64,000 bases of DNA from Podarcis vaucheri (Eukaryota). Numbering within the stretch: the stretch's first letter is position 1; the number at the start of each line of letters is the position of its first letter. A program made the translations under genes and the position numbers. Below, one piece after another: positions 11,287-23,850 of this stretch. Under the pieces are notes generated by a model, which ran no database searches, was not told where the DNA came from, and saw only the letters and a list, made by a program, of their open reading frames with translations. The DNA is taken from the NCBI GenBank assembly GCA_965113315.1, contig OZ220363.1, one strand, 5' to 3'.

Positions 11287-13827
11287 ATCTCCCACCCCGA
11301 CTTGGAGATGCCCAGGATTGAATCTGGGATTTTTTGCATGTTGCGCAAATGCTCTATTACTCAGCTATGGCTCTTCCCAAATCTGTTATGGAATAAGTTA
11401 TGGAATAGACTACGGTCTATGTTTATCAGACTGCGTAGCCTACAGTCCATTTCTTCAGAGGCATGAGGTATTATTCTGAATTGCAGGTTATAAATACATA
11501 GCTGGGGGTTGGTGGAAGATTGTAAACAGTGAGGTGAAAAGGAAAGGAAATACAGAGAAATACAGATGGTGATAATTACTTTATTAACAGTGACCACTCA
11601 CCCTGGCGCACAGAGTTGTTGATAACACAGACATCCTAGCAGTCTATGTAGATTAATCAGAAACTTTGCAGATTAATTGGATAATATGTGAAATTCCCTC
11701 TTTATGATGTTCATTATTGTCATTTCAGTGTAGGCAGGCATACGCATGCACACACACACACTCACACACATGTTCTACACACACATATAATCTACCTACA
11801 GCATACAGTGCAGCTGAATATAACAAAAGCACAATAAATACTATCAGGAAATGGGTTTGAGATGATTTATGTGGCTCCTTGAATTGCTGAACGACCTTGC
11901 TGATAGCAACCATCACTTTTCGACTGTTAAACAGTGAAAGCTAATTTATTAAATTTTGCTTTCTTGGAATGCGCCACACTCAGAGACCCAAAGCGGAGGG
12001 GAGAGAAAAGGAGCAGAGTATTTATTTTAAAAGGAATAGAATTGTTCATTTCGTAAGCAGAACAGATGTGCCGTGATTGAAAACGTGTAACGTTCAAAAG
12101 AGCCATTGTCACACGAAGCAGATGCTGAATATTTAAAGAAATTCTTTACAATTTCTATCCAATGATGTATTAATTTACATAATCATAATGTGGATCCATT
12201 CTTGTAAGCCCCGAGCAATGAATAAAAGTGACTTTTCCATGAGTTTATCTTGGCAGCCCAAATGCGCTTGAATAACTTTGTTTTCAAATATTTAATAACA
12301 GGGCAAAATCTAAAGGAAAAGCTTGAGAGGGATTGGTCTATTTTATTTGATGGTGTCAAGTGCACAGCATATTTTTGCAACAAGGCAGTTTCCTGGGCAA
12401 TCACTAGCTCAAATAGCATGCATAGGTTTGTAATTATGAATATATATCATATGAAAAATTGAGTTATGATAACTTGAGATGCATTGATTTCAACAGGCTT
12501 GTGCCTATGTACCTGGAAGTAGGATTAAAATCATTGCCTGGGGTCCAGACTTCATGTAGTTCTTTCCCAAGAAGGGTTTTCCCCTCTCTTTCAAAGAAGC
12601 TAGGATATTGAGTGCGGAACCAGCAGAAGGGAGGAGCTGCTTAACCCTTTCACTGCTAGTTATTTGTCTGCTCATCATTCCCTCCAGCTGCTTTTCTTCT
12701 TGCGAGGGAAAACAAAACAGAGATGCCAACCCTTTAAATAGAGGACTGGCCTCCCTAAAGTAGGGCACACAGCCATCTTAACTGCAAGATTTTTATTTTT
12801 CACAGCAAGCAATGGAATCCTCATGGCCTTGTGATTGGGTGGATTATAAGGAATATTTCTTATTTAGTTCTTAGAAGCACTGATCTGTCTATTTATATTG
12901 GAGGTGAGGAGAGCCATTGCCCTATGTCCTTGAAATCTGGCCTCAAGCCAGCCTGCTTAGTAATAATAATCCTTTGATTATCTTCCTCCTAAAAGTGTTT
13001 TGAACTTAATAGATGTATCACTGCTGTTACAAGGAGGCTGCTTTTTGCCTTTGCTGTTCCAGTTCTCCACATTCGGTTCCATTTCTAAGCGTTTAATATA
13101 AACTTCATTTGCAGACAGAGAAAACAACGATTTGTCTCAGATTTCAGAATACAGTAAACTTGTTTGCTTGACTTTGACCTTAGTTAACTTTCTCCTCTCC
13201 CCTCCTTTTTTTAAAGGAAATCATTATGTTCATACAACTGGCAGGATGGACAAACATCTCACAGCTGGAGTCATTATTTAATATAATTATGAAATACAGA
13301 TGTTTTCTTCTCGACTAAAACAATTCTTCCAAATTGTGGGAGTCTCCCTGAGCAGAGAAGAAAGCTGAGTGTCCTAGGGATATTCAGGGTTTTATTATTA
13401 TTACTTTCCTGCACTATAAGTACATTTTAAATTACATATGTATGATCCTGCTTAGAAATTATGGGGAAGAGAACAAGATTTAACATGGGGCGCCAAACCT
13501 TGAATTGGTGCAGCTCACCAAATTTATATTAACCTTCAAAGGCCTCTGTTGATTCATACCAGTAGAAAAAGCCTATGTTGATTCAATCCAGCTGCAGAGG
13601 CTCTGTGTACCCATGGGAGGTCTGGCACACCACCAAGCATCTGTACTTCACAAGGTATTTGGGGGTACTAAGGCACCAAGCTAATATCTTACTAATGTCT
13701 TCAGGATTATCTGTAGAATCACAACGACTGTATTCAATGCGAGTTCTTCTCAGAATAGACCCACTGAAATTAATTCACTTAGGTTAGCCGCATCAACTTA
13801 TTTCCATGGGTCTACTCTTGAGTAAAA

Positions 13828-14192
13828 GGGGCACGGATGGCACTGTGGGTTAAACCACAGAGCCCAGGACCTGCCGATCAGAAGGTCGGCGGTTCGAATC
13901 CCCGTGACGGGGTGAGCTTCCGTTGCTCGGTCCCTTCTCCTGCCAACCTAGCAGTTCGAAAGCACATCAAAGTGCAAGTAGATAAATAGGTACCGCTCCG
14001 GCGGGAAGGTAAACGGCGTTTCCGTGCGCTGCTCTGGTTCGCCAGAAGCGGCTTAGTCATGCTGGCCACATGACCCGGAAGCTGCCTGTGGACAAACGCC
14101 AGCTCCCTCGGCCAGTAAAGCGAGATGAGCGCTGCAGCCCCAGAGTCGGCCACGACTGGACCTAATGGTCAGGGGTCCCTTTACCTTTACCT
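13828..14192 (+). mobile_element. Full-length Sauria SINE
   Basis: tRNA-like head with GGTTCGAATCC B-box; (ACCTTT)n tail; TSD TACTCTTGAGTA(A/G)AA. Confidence 0.95.
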
Positions 14193-14639
14193 TACTCTTG
14201 AGTAGAACTAGCCCCAGACGTTTTGAACCTTGAGTTACCAGCTGATAATGGGACATTAAATTCCAGTGAAAGCCTGAATAAAGACCTCAACAGAATCGGC
14301 GACAAGTTGAATCGCAGAAGGGAGGGTGTTTTAAAGCTGGGGCACCACCACTGGGAAGTTTCTCCCTTGCATCACTGCCAAATGAGCCTCAGTAAGTGGC
14401 AGGACCTTAAAACCAAACCTCTTAAATCTTGTTCTTGCTGCACATCTATGCTCATGCTCTCTGTCAGATACACACACACATTTCTTCTTTTATAGCTACA
14501 GATGTAGAGTTTTCAGAAAGAAAAACAAACAAACAAGCAACATAAGTAAAGAAAGGAGATGGCGACTGAGTGACATCTTTGCATCTAAAATATCACATCA
14601 CATGCATTTGCAATTAAAATACATTTGATTATTTGTGGG

Positions 14640-14786
14640 NNNNNNNNNNNNNNNNNNNNNNNNNNNNNNNNNNNNNNNNNNNNNNNNNNNNNNNNNNNNN
14701 NNNNNNNNNNNNNNNNNNNNNNNNNNNNNNNNNNNNNNNNNNNNNNNNNNNNNNNNNNNNNNNNNNNNNNNNNNNNNNNNNNNNNN
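14640..14786. other. Assembly gap (N run)
   Basis: Run of N characters. Confidence 1.
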
Positions 14787-16439
14787 TGGAGTACAGCTGT
14801 GGACCTGGTTCTGCCCAAGATATCAGATATGCCACTGTTATCTGCAGGTAGAAAGCCAATATATATGTGTAGTTACTTATGTGTTCGTGTGATTGCCCAC
14901 CCATGCAGTTACATTTCTTCCCTCCAGTTATCAGTGGATGAATCTCCAAAGGATGGGGTCAGTGGCATCCCTGATGGCTTGCCAGCAGGACACCCCACTC
15001 TCCAATAGGGCCTCCTTCATGCACAAACATCACAAATGTCCTGATAAACTTTATGTGATGGACATATAAAGGGGGCTCATCTATCAAATGTGTGGAGAGG
15101 CAATGAAGTTGCCATCTGCTGAAATTTCTCTTTTAACGGAAAGCACAAACAGTTGCCTCATCAGCCTTCTGAGAAGGACATATATTTTAGGGGGGGGGAC
15201 TCCGCCCCAAATCTTCATGATGTTTCTAATCTGGACACAGTTCAGAATTTCCTGCAGAACTTCATTCTTAGTCTCTTCTAGCCTTAACACCTCAAAAAGT
15301 TCACATTTCAGATGTGTACAATAGAAAGAATCTAGATAGCAACTACACTCTCAGGATCTGACACAGTTCTGTCACAGAGAGCTTGTGATGAGTGTGAAGT
15401 TGTACATTGGATTGAACAGTCCATGAACTATTCATTTCTCACCTCCCAACTAGATATAAAGAACAGATGAGGAAATTGTTTCCTATGTTTTTTGCTATCT
15501 TGAGACGTCAGTGAGAAGGCCAGCAAAAATTTATGGTTTAGTTACAGATTCCTCCGCCCCTTCACAATTAGACTCTTTTACTTAGGCTGTCATGTTTGAC
15601 ATCATTAACATCACAAGCATTTTCACTTTCTCTTACAGCCCACGCAGCAAGCTAGAGGCTTGCCTCTTTTTTACTTTACATAACCAAATTGCCAGAGGCA
15701 ATGGATAAATAATGGCCTTTGTCCTTATTTAAATAGGGGGAAGGTTCTCCCCGCTAAGCTTTTTAGACACTCTGTTTTTGTATTTAGGATAAATTTCTGA
15801 GCAAAGAAGAAAACTAGAAAGGTCAAGGATTAAAAATACCTTGGAATGAAATGAGGAACAGGCTGAGAGGAATGTGTTTTGTAAGGAACGCCTGAAACTT
15901 CCTGTCTCTCTCTGCCCTGAGCACATTAGCTAGTCTGCCATATATTATTCCCAGTAGATCAAATATTCTTGCCCAGTATTGATTTAAAGTACTGTGGGCT
16001 GACTCTTCACAAAATAAAGAAACCTTTTGCATGTAGATGTTTAACTCTTCATGTCCAAAGAGAATTTGAAATTCAGTAAGGACCCCTTCTGTCTCTACCT
16101 CAGGAACATCATAGTGCAACATGCCTCTTCCTTGCACTGCTCTGGTAATGTTGTTGCTGCTTCCCATGTCAGCCTTCTTCCTGATGCTCCTTGAGTGATG
16201 GTCAGGTGAAGGAACTGGATTGCTTTTATTTAAAAAAAACAAAAAAACCCCCAACCCACACAGGATGTGCTGTGCTAGAACAGGCCAAAGAGCCATCTAG
16301 TCCAGCGGTGTCCAATCACGTGGCTACAGGAAACCCACAGAAATTGGACATGAGTGCAACAGCTATCTCCACATTAGTGTCCCCCAGAGTCTGGTTTTCA
16401 GAGGGATACCCTGACTAGAGTGAGAAAGAGCTGCATTCC

Positions 16440-16600
16440 ATGCTGCTAAAGTGATAGAAGGTGCCCTTGAACAATCAACTCCAAAGTTGTCATCTTCTGA
16501 GATCGCTCTGCAGTAGTAGTGCCAAAGGTAGCATTGCATAAGACTAGGACAACTTTGGAGCTGATTGCTCAGGGGAACTTTCTGATATTACTAAATTGCA
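16440..16600. repeat. Imperfect inverted repeat (old hairpin MITE)
   Basis: GAACAATCAACTCCAAAGTTGTC ... GACAACTTTGGAGCTGATTGCTC. Confidence 0.6.
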
Positions 16601-19600
16601 GAGTGATTTCAAAATTGCCTGGCCATTAACAATGGAATGTCACTGTGCTTGCTTTGTCCCTCAAGGATTGAAGTCACTCTATCATTCCTTAACTGAGAAG
16701 AAATTATAACTTTTACCCTGAACAAAGTAGAGGTGATGTTAAATGCATCTTGGTTTTTATTGCCTATAGTTTGGCCTTCAGTGGCTACTTCTTCTGGAGG
16801 TTCACTGGAATGGGGGAGGAGAGGAAAGAGCCCAGTGCTCCAAGGGACATACTGACAGCCAGTCTTTTTCATCACACCTAGCATCATTTCCCTCCATTTG
16901 TGCTACTTCAAAGGCATGTGGAAGGGAGGGAGAGTTTTAGCATGCCAAGGAGAGAAGGGTCCTCTCAGTGTTGATTTCAGTCTCCTTTTCTGAAGATGGA
17001 AAGATGGGAGGGAAGAGGGAAACCAGGAAACAAGTCAAAAGAGATGCTGGGGAACGACATTACAAAATTCAAAGAAGTCTGAATTTCAAAGGGTGACTGT
17101 GCTCTGGTTTGTATACTGTTTCAGAAAGCGCAGATTAGACAGGCTTCCCTTTCAATGCAATCTGAACCAAATCCTGAACCTCTCCCTTTGCAAATGAGAT
17201 GGTTGCGATTTTAGCTAAAGCACTGCATTCTTGTGATATCAGTGCCTTTCTCCTGTTCCCATCCTTAAGACGTATGGAGCAAAAGGGACCATTTCCTGAT
17301 CAGCTACTAAATGGCCCTCCCTTGGTCTGCTAGGATATTTACTAAAATTAAGAATTTTGGAATTATGGATGGGTAAGCTTTTTGAAGTGAAGTTCTTTGT
17401 AAACATCAAAGCATTCTTATAAGTATAGGGCTACAAGTTGTTTAATTTAAATCCATGTTTATACCATAGGTGGATTAGGTTTGTTTTTGTTATTTACAGG
17501 GAAGAGATGAAAGCTTTCTGTGCTTATTGTGAAGCCCATGTTCTCAACGAATTGCACGATTAAAGTGTCGCTCCAAACTAAACGGGTAAGTCTGAGCATC
17601 AAATGCAGTGCAGCACCACATAACTGAATTGTACGGTAACTCATTCTCTTCTCTAAAGAAAAGAAAATCTTTTGACCTGCTTTTAGTTTTGACGGTCTCT
17701 TTTTCATTATTTAAACAGACAGAAATGAGGCTGCTATAATGCTAAGCAGGCTGGCTCCTGGTAGCAGTGAGAGTCCTATTTAAGAAGCAATTTATCCAGT
17801 TCTAATTTCTCCACTCTTATATACTGATATAGCTGTACCTGTAATCTTTGCTCCAACTGCTCCACCACCTTTCACCTTTGGATCATTCTTCCCTTTCCCC
17901 AAGGGGGGAGCTGCTTTATATGCTTGGAACACCCTTCGGTGGCTTTCAAGGAAACCACTCTGAGCATGCTCAGAAAAGATATTTCGGCTCCTAGGTCTAC
18001 CATAACAGTAGACCTACTATCATTACATTTTGTGCCTGGATTGCCACCATGACAACAAGAAGAAGGGGAGAACTGCACAACCAGGGCTAAGAGTCAGTAG
18101 GTCTCGTAAGGTACCCATTTATCAGCACACTTTTTCCTGTGTGGAGTCAAATGGGTGGGACATCCTGACCAAAGCAATACTTTGGACTAAGTGGTGCAGA
18201 GAACTGATTGGGAAGAGAATGGGAGGTTGTGCAGAAATGTTCTAGGGGCCTCTTTAAATTCAAATCAATTATAGAAGAATATGTGTGTTCTGCACCTGAG
18301 TCATCTATATGAATCCAATTTCAACAAATGAAGTTATGGAAACTCGTGCTTTGTGGGTATAATACGGACTGCACACTCCATCACCAGTGTGATGAGGGAT
18401 AAGTACAAATATGGTATAATAAGATATAATAAAGAACAACTGTGTTTTTCCCAGACTCGGTTTGCATGCTTGACAGAATAGAATTGCGGTCCTTATATTA
18501 TTACATCACTCATCACTGAGCTCTGAACTATATATTGCTTTAATAAAGGCATTAAAAACCTTTCTTTCACCAAGTGGTAAATCGGTTAATATACAATATA
18601 TGCAAAGTTGATATGATATGAAGGAATTATGTGATGATTCACCTCCTTCTATCACTGAATAAGCTGTTTTTCATTTTCATTTAGGACTATCAACTGCAAA
18701 AAACAAACAAACAAAACTAGAACATTTGAGATTTGCTCGAACATTTCATTTTATGAGTAATTCTTCTGCCAGAACCAAAAACTGTTACTACAGCTTCGAA
18801 TGCCCTGCAATCATTTTTTTCTCCCTGTAATTTGCTGCTTATATTCAGCAGCAATTAGCACTGCCGTTTAAACACTAGTAAAACCTCTCAACTTTGCACA
18901 GTTTAATTTAATTTCACCTCCTGATTTACACTGAACTTCTAGAGTTTTCTGACTGAAACATATGTCACCTGTGATGGATGGTTGTGGTATATTTGGTGCT
19001 ACCATTCATGCCTGATGCTCATTAGCAGATTTGAAGCTGCTTCTACCTCCACCCCATTCATTGCTTGGTTTCCGTTTCTTTGTTTATGCGAAATGGTATG
19101 TTGTTGACAAGCCTGTTCCTTCTGCAATGGAAGTCAGCACAAAGATTGATCTGCTGGATTCTAAAGGGGATCAAATTATGAAGGCTTATGAGCTCCTGGG
19201 AGAAAATTCAAGAAGAAAGCGATGCTAAATGAGAAGCTGAGAAAGCAACATCGTTTTGTGAAATGTAGGTCACATTTGTTTAAGAGGCAACTATCAGGAG
19301 AGTCTTTGGTTCCTTTCGAAAATGGGTTCCTTATGTGCAACTAAAACGAAAGCTGCTAAGGATCTCTCATAGCCACTTCAGTTGGAAAATACTTCTGAGT
19401 TTTCTAAGAATATGGCACAGAAAAGGAGGCAGATCTGCAGCAGAACCCTCTGCAAATTCCCCTTCATCAAATTTGAAATGGATGTAAATCAATATTTATT
19501 TCTCAAATAATTCAAAATAAACTGTTTTACTCAGATCTCATTCCACAAGTTCAGCCCCCATTGTGTTTCTGATTATGTTATTTGAGAGCACATTGGAATC

Positions 19601-19949
19601 TAAATAGCACCAGGGAGAGGAGTTCAATACCAAACATGGATCAAGGATTAAAGTCCCTTCCTCCCATGGACATGATTTGGCTCCTCACCACACCAGGCAT
19701 TTGCTTGCTTGCTTGCTTACTTACTTACTTACTTATAAAAAGATTTGCAAGTATTAAGAACATCCAGTTTGAACATCAAACACTTTTAAAGAGTGTATTC
19801 CTAGGGTCTCAAAGTGGGTGGGAACATAATTTCCCATTAAAACTGCGCCCTAACACTCAACCTCATCTCACCTTGCCACCATGTTTACCATGGCAGAAGA
19901 AATGTAGCAAACTGCAGCCTGAAGTGTTGCAACCCATGATTTTCTTGAC

Positions 19950-20198
19950 AATCTCTTTGACATCTGGTGGGACGGCGTTCCACAGGGCGGGTGCCACTAC
20001 CGAGAAGGCCCTCTGCCTGGTTCCCTGTAACTTGGCTTCTCGTACCAAGGGAACCACCAGAAGGCCCTTGGCACTGGACCTCAGTGTCTGGGCAGAACGA
20101 TGGGGGTGGAGATACTCCTTCGGGTATACTGGACCAAGACCATTTACGGTTTTAAAGGTCAGCACCAACACTTTGAATTGTGCCCGGAAACGTACTGC
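19950..20198 (-). mobile_element. L2-clade LINE ORF2 C-terminal fragment
   Basis: Peptide VLTFKTVNGLGPVY...RSAQTLRSS...RAFSVVAPALWNA is typical of the L2 ORF2 C-terminus. Confidence 0.85.
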
Positions 20199-21134
20199 AG
20201 TCGTGTTGTAAGCTCTTCACCATGAGGACTGCCTTTTATTTTATTTTTAAAAGAAATCACTAAAACCAAACTTCAGGATGCCATAGTATGTGTTATACAG
20301 AGCTGACCTAAGACATTTTGGCACTTGAGGCAGACCAAGATGGCGTCTTCCCTCCCCGCCAGGGAAGAAGGAGTGAGGGAAGATCTACATCACTCACAAG
20401 GAGTCAGGTGTGGGGGAAGGAAGAAAAATCAGGTTCTGCTGCCCTGGTAGATTCTGCCGCCTGAGACAGTTGCCTCACCTTGCCTCATTGGTGGACCAGC
20501 CCTGGTAACATAGAAGAACTTGGACCACACACAGCCCTTCTCTGGCAGTGCATTTATGTTGATTCAAAGATTCATTCATTCAATGCAACTTGGAACCTGG
20601 CATTGTTCTGAGTGACACACACAAGTTCATTTGCTGACACTGGCTCCTGTTTAGAGAAAATGGTGTTTATCAAATCACATTGTACAGAAGTGACAAAACA
20701 AGCGCTCCTCTGCCAAATGCTCCCCCCCCCCGTTGCTCTATTTCGAAAACAGGGCTGTCATAGAAAACATTTTCTAATGCTGAGTAATATATGTACATGT
20801 TTTTCAATATCACCTTTTTAATACAGGAAATGTCAAACTAGACAGAAACAATTAGTCAGCTACTTGAGTTCCAGAACAAGGTGAAGTGGTTTTTTTCTCT
20901 CTCTCTCTTTTTCTTTTACTGCTAACATGCTGTTAGTACATGAAGTATTTGCCAGCACCTTTCATACTTACGGTAAGCTCAATGTTAACCATGAATCATC
21001 CGACTCAAGGCAGGGTAACTTTTCTGTCCTGTTGTTGTTGTTTAGCTTTGTTAGCCACTGTTTTTTTATAAATATATATATATATGGCTCAAAGTGACTT
21101 AAGAGGATAAAATACAACAGGTAGAAACAAGTAA

Positions 21135-21137
<3 letters not shown>

Positions 21138-21188
<51 letters not shown>
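21138..21188. repeat. (TA)n microsatellite
   Basis: Directly visible. Confidence 0.98.
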
Positions 21189-21191
<3 letters not shown>

Positions 21192-21237
21192 GGTTTTGGT
21201 GTCTTCGGGTGTCTTCCCGTGTAAGAGTCGGGGTGTC

Positions 21238-21281
21238 TGTGCGACGTTTCGACGAGGTCTCACTCGTCATCTTCAGGCTGG
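21238..21281 (-). ncRNA. Minimal type-I hammerhead ribozyme motif (mirror copy)
   Basis: Reverse complement of 21697-21740. Confidence 0.75.
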
Positions 21282-21696
21282 TGCTTTCGGCTTCTTGTTA
21301 CTGGAACAGAGCAGAGTCTGGTGTTTGAGTTCCTATAAATACTGTTGAGGGGTGTGGTGTATAGCCTCCAACGTTCTGGGCAGAGAGGAAGTTCCTAGAT
21401 TAGTGTGCCTTTTCTTCTTTTGTTCCTTAATTACTTGAGGGATATCTTGGGTGATTTCATGAGTGATATTCTGAATACCACTGGGTGGGTCATTAAGTGG
21501 TATTCAGAATATCACTCATGAAATCACCCAAGATATCCCTCAAGTAATTAAGGAACAAAAGAAGAAAAGGCACACTAATCTAGGAACTTCCTCTCTGCCC
21601 AGAACGTTGGAGGCTATACACCACACCCCTCAACAGTATTTATAGGAACTCAAACACCAGACTCTGCTCTGTTCCAGTAACAAGAAGCCGAAAGCA

Positions 21697-21740
21697 CCAG
21701 CCTGAAGATGACGAGTGAGACCTCGTCGAAACGTCGCACA
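21697..21740 (+). ncRNA. Minimal type-I hammerhead ribozyme motif
   Basis: CUGAAGA-U-GACGAG(ugagac)CUCGUC-GAAA-CG-UC: conserved core, 6-bp helix II, palindromic ACGU in place of helix III, GUC cleavage triplet. Confidence 0.75.
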
Positions 21741-21811
21741 GACACCCCGACTCTTACACGGGAAGACACCCGAAGACACCAAAACCTGCATTCCTGTACC
21801 CGTGAAAATCT

Positions 21812-21843
<32 letters not shown>

Positions 21844-22061
21844 GGTGTGTAAATGCTCATCCAGTAATGCGATGAAGACAGGTGCTACCCACCGCACTGA
21901 AAGATGAGCACCACCCTAGAGGCTAGCTTAGTTAGCAAATTCCCAAGTCAATAAAAAGGTGTTAGCATGGTAATTATAAAAATGGCACCAGGAAAGCATT
22001 CAACAGATGGCACCATGACTGAAAAGGCCCTTTTCTGTTATTGAGTAGATTTATCACATGT

Positions 22062-22350
22062 AAGGATGGAAGACAGATTTGATTCAGTTCACATTAAAGG
22101 CAAGCCTACCTAATTTGCACTTTCTGAAACAATATGAGAACAGAAATGAGAACACTGCTAAATTCAAGAATTCACACTTCTGTGAATTTTTGAGTGCAGT
22201 TCACCAGCCAAATACTGTGAGCAAAAACACATATACTGGGGTAAAGGGTACCTAAGAATGCGTATATTCGTGAAAATAATTTTAAAAATATGTTGTATTG
22301 GGGAAAATTGGGATGCAAAAAAGTGCATCTATGGGGAGATGGCATACAAA
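22062..22350. mobile_element. Degenerate non-autonomous DNA element with TAGGGA-type ends; other pieces near 8815-9020, 17020-17190, 41330-42121, 47490-47990
   Basis: Shared GATTCAGTTCACATT..AAGGC..ACCTACCTAATT..CACTTTC motifs between copies. Confidence 0.55.
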
Positions 22351-22515
22351 CATGAGAGCCAGTGTGGTGTAGCGCTTAGACATGGGAGACCAGGTTTCAA
22401 ATCCCCACTTGGTCATGACAGATTCAGCCATCCCTGAAAGGAGACAAGAAAATGAAAAGGTTTGAAAGTGAAGACTCAGAGCTGGCCCACTGAAATAAAT
22501 GAACCTAAGTTAGTC

Positions 22516-23850
22516 TGCAAACATCTTGTGTTCCATCATGTTTGAAAGCAGCCACCACTGTCCCAGTCTCAAAGAAAACAGCAACTAACTGCCTAAATGA
22601 CTACAGACCTATTGCATTAACATCTGTAGTGATGAAATGCTTCGAGAGATTGGTCCTTCAACACCTTAGGACATGGTTTCCTCCAGATTTTGATAAACAT
22701 CAGTTTGCCTATAGGAGAAATAGGTCAACAGATGATGCCATAGCTACAGCCTTTCACCTTGCAGGGAGTCATCTGGAGAGACAGGAATTATGTTAGAATG
22801 TTGTTTATTGATTATAGCTTGGCATTTAATGGTTTCCTTCTTCTGGACATTCTTATCAAAAAGCTGATGGAACTAGACCTTTCTTCTACCATCTGTGACT
22901 AGTTTAAAGACTTTCTGAGGGATCGGACACAAACAGTGAGGACTGGGCCTGTTATATCTACCTCCCTGAAGCTCAGCACTGGCACCCCACAGGGATGTAC
23001 TTGTTGTATGCATATGACTGTATTTCATCTGATCCATCCACTGTAATTATTAAGTTTGCAGATGATGCTACCATAATGGGTCTAATTACAGGTGGAGATG
23101 AATCAGCGTACAGGGGGGATGTTCATGGTACTTAGAGAATAACATGGCACTTAGAGAATAACTATTAGCAAGACAAAGGAGATTGTGCTGGACTTTCGGA
23201 GGAAGAAAGGGGAACTAGCCCCATTGTATATCCGGGGGGGGTTGTGTGGAGAGAGTCTCTTCCTTTAAATTCCTGGGTGTTTACCTTAGTTGGAAAACAA
23301 TATAACTCAGGTGGTTAGGAGGCCCAACAGAGACTCCATTTTCTCAGGGTCTTGCAAAAGAACAATGTTAAACAACAACTGATGACCTCCTTCTACCGGT
23401 CCACAATAGAAAGTGTCCTCTCATATTGTATCACAGTGTGGTACGTTGGCTTGACAGCCACGGACAGAAAGTCTTTACAGAGGGTAGTGAACACAGCACA
23501 TGATATCATGGGCTGTCCCCTGAGCCCGCTAGATGACATCGCAGGGATCATTGCCTTAGGAGAGCAAGAAAAATTCTCAGGGACGATTCACACCCCGGCC
23601 AGCACCTCTTTAATCTTCTACCCTCGGGCAGGAGATATAGAAGTATAATCAGTCGTACCAACAGGCTAAAAACCAGTTTCTATCTGTGGGCTGCTGAAAG
23701 GAAAATAATATAGTGTTACTGACTTTCAGGGATGGTGTGTTGTGCGACAAGCACACAGAGTGCAATGAGATTGAGTGTTGAGGGAGTGGGAGGGAGCCCC
23801 GGTTAATTTCATTGTACACAGGTTGTACATTGACAATAAAGGTATTATCA
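22516..23850 (+). mobile_element. Rex1/Babar-clade LINE, 5'-truncated, decayed RT
   Basis: CLNDYRPIALTSVVMKCFERLV, QFAYRRNRSTDDAI, VRMLFIDYS, GTPQG, KFADD, FYRSTIES; AATAAA plus short-repeat tail; TSD TTAGTC (22510-22515 / 23851-23856). Confidence 0.88.

Larger units (their letters stand above)
21187..21813. mobile_element. Penelope-like element pseudo-LTR as a perfect inverted repeat (arms 21187-21482 and 21496-21791, 13-nt spacer)
   Basis: Arms are reverse complements of each other; each carries a minimal hammerhead motif; the right arm has a ~22-nt 3' extension; flanked by (TA)n and (CA)n. Confidence 0.85.

Noticed and set aside
10896-11466. Overlapping ORFs in the CpG-rich insert
   Set aside because: Open on both strands because of high GC; no RT, YR or hydrolase motifs.
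14585-15008. ORFs spanning the N run
   Set aside because: Artefacts of the assembly gap.
19582-20211. 209-aa + strand ORF
   Set aside because: No ATG start; the second half is antisense of an L2 fragment; no recognisable domain.
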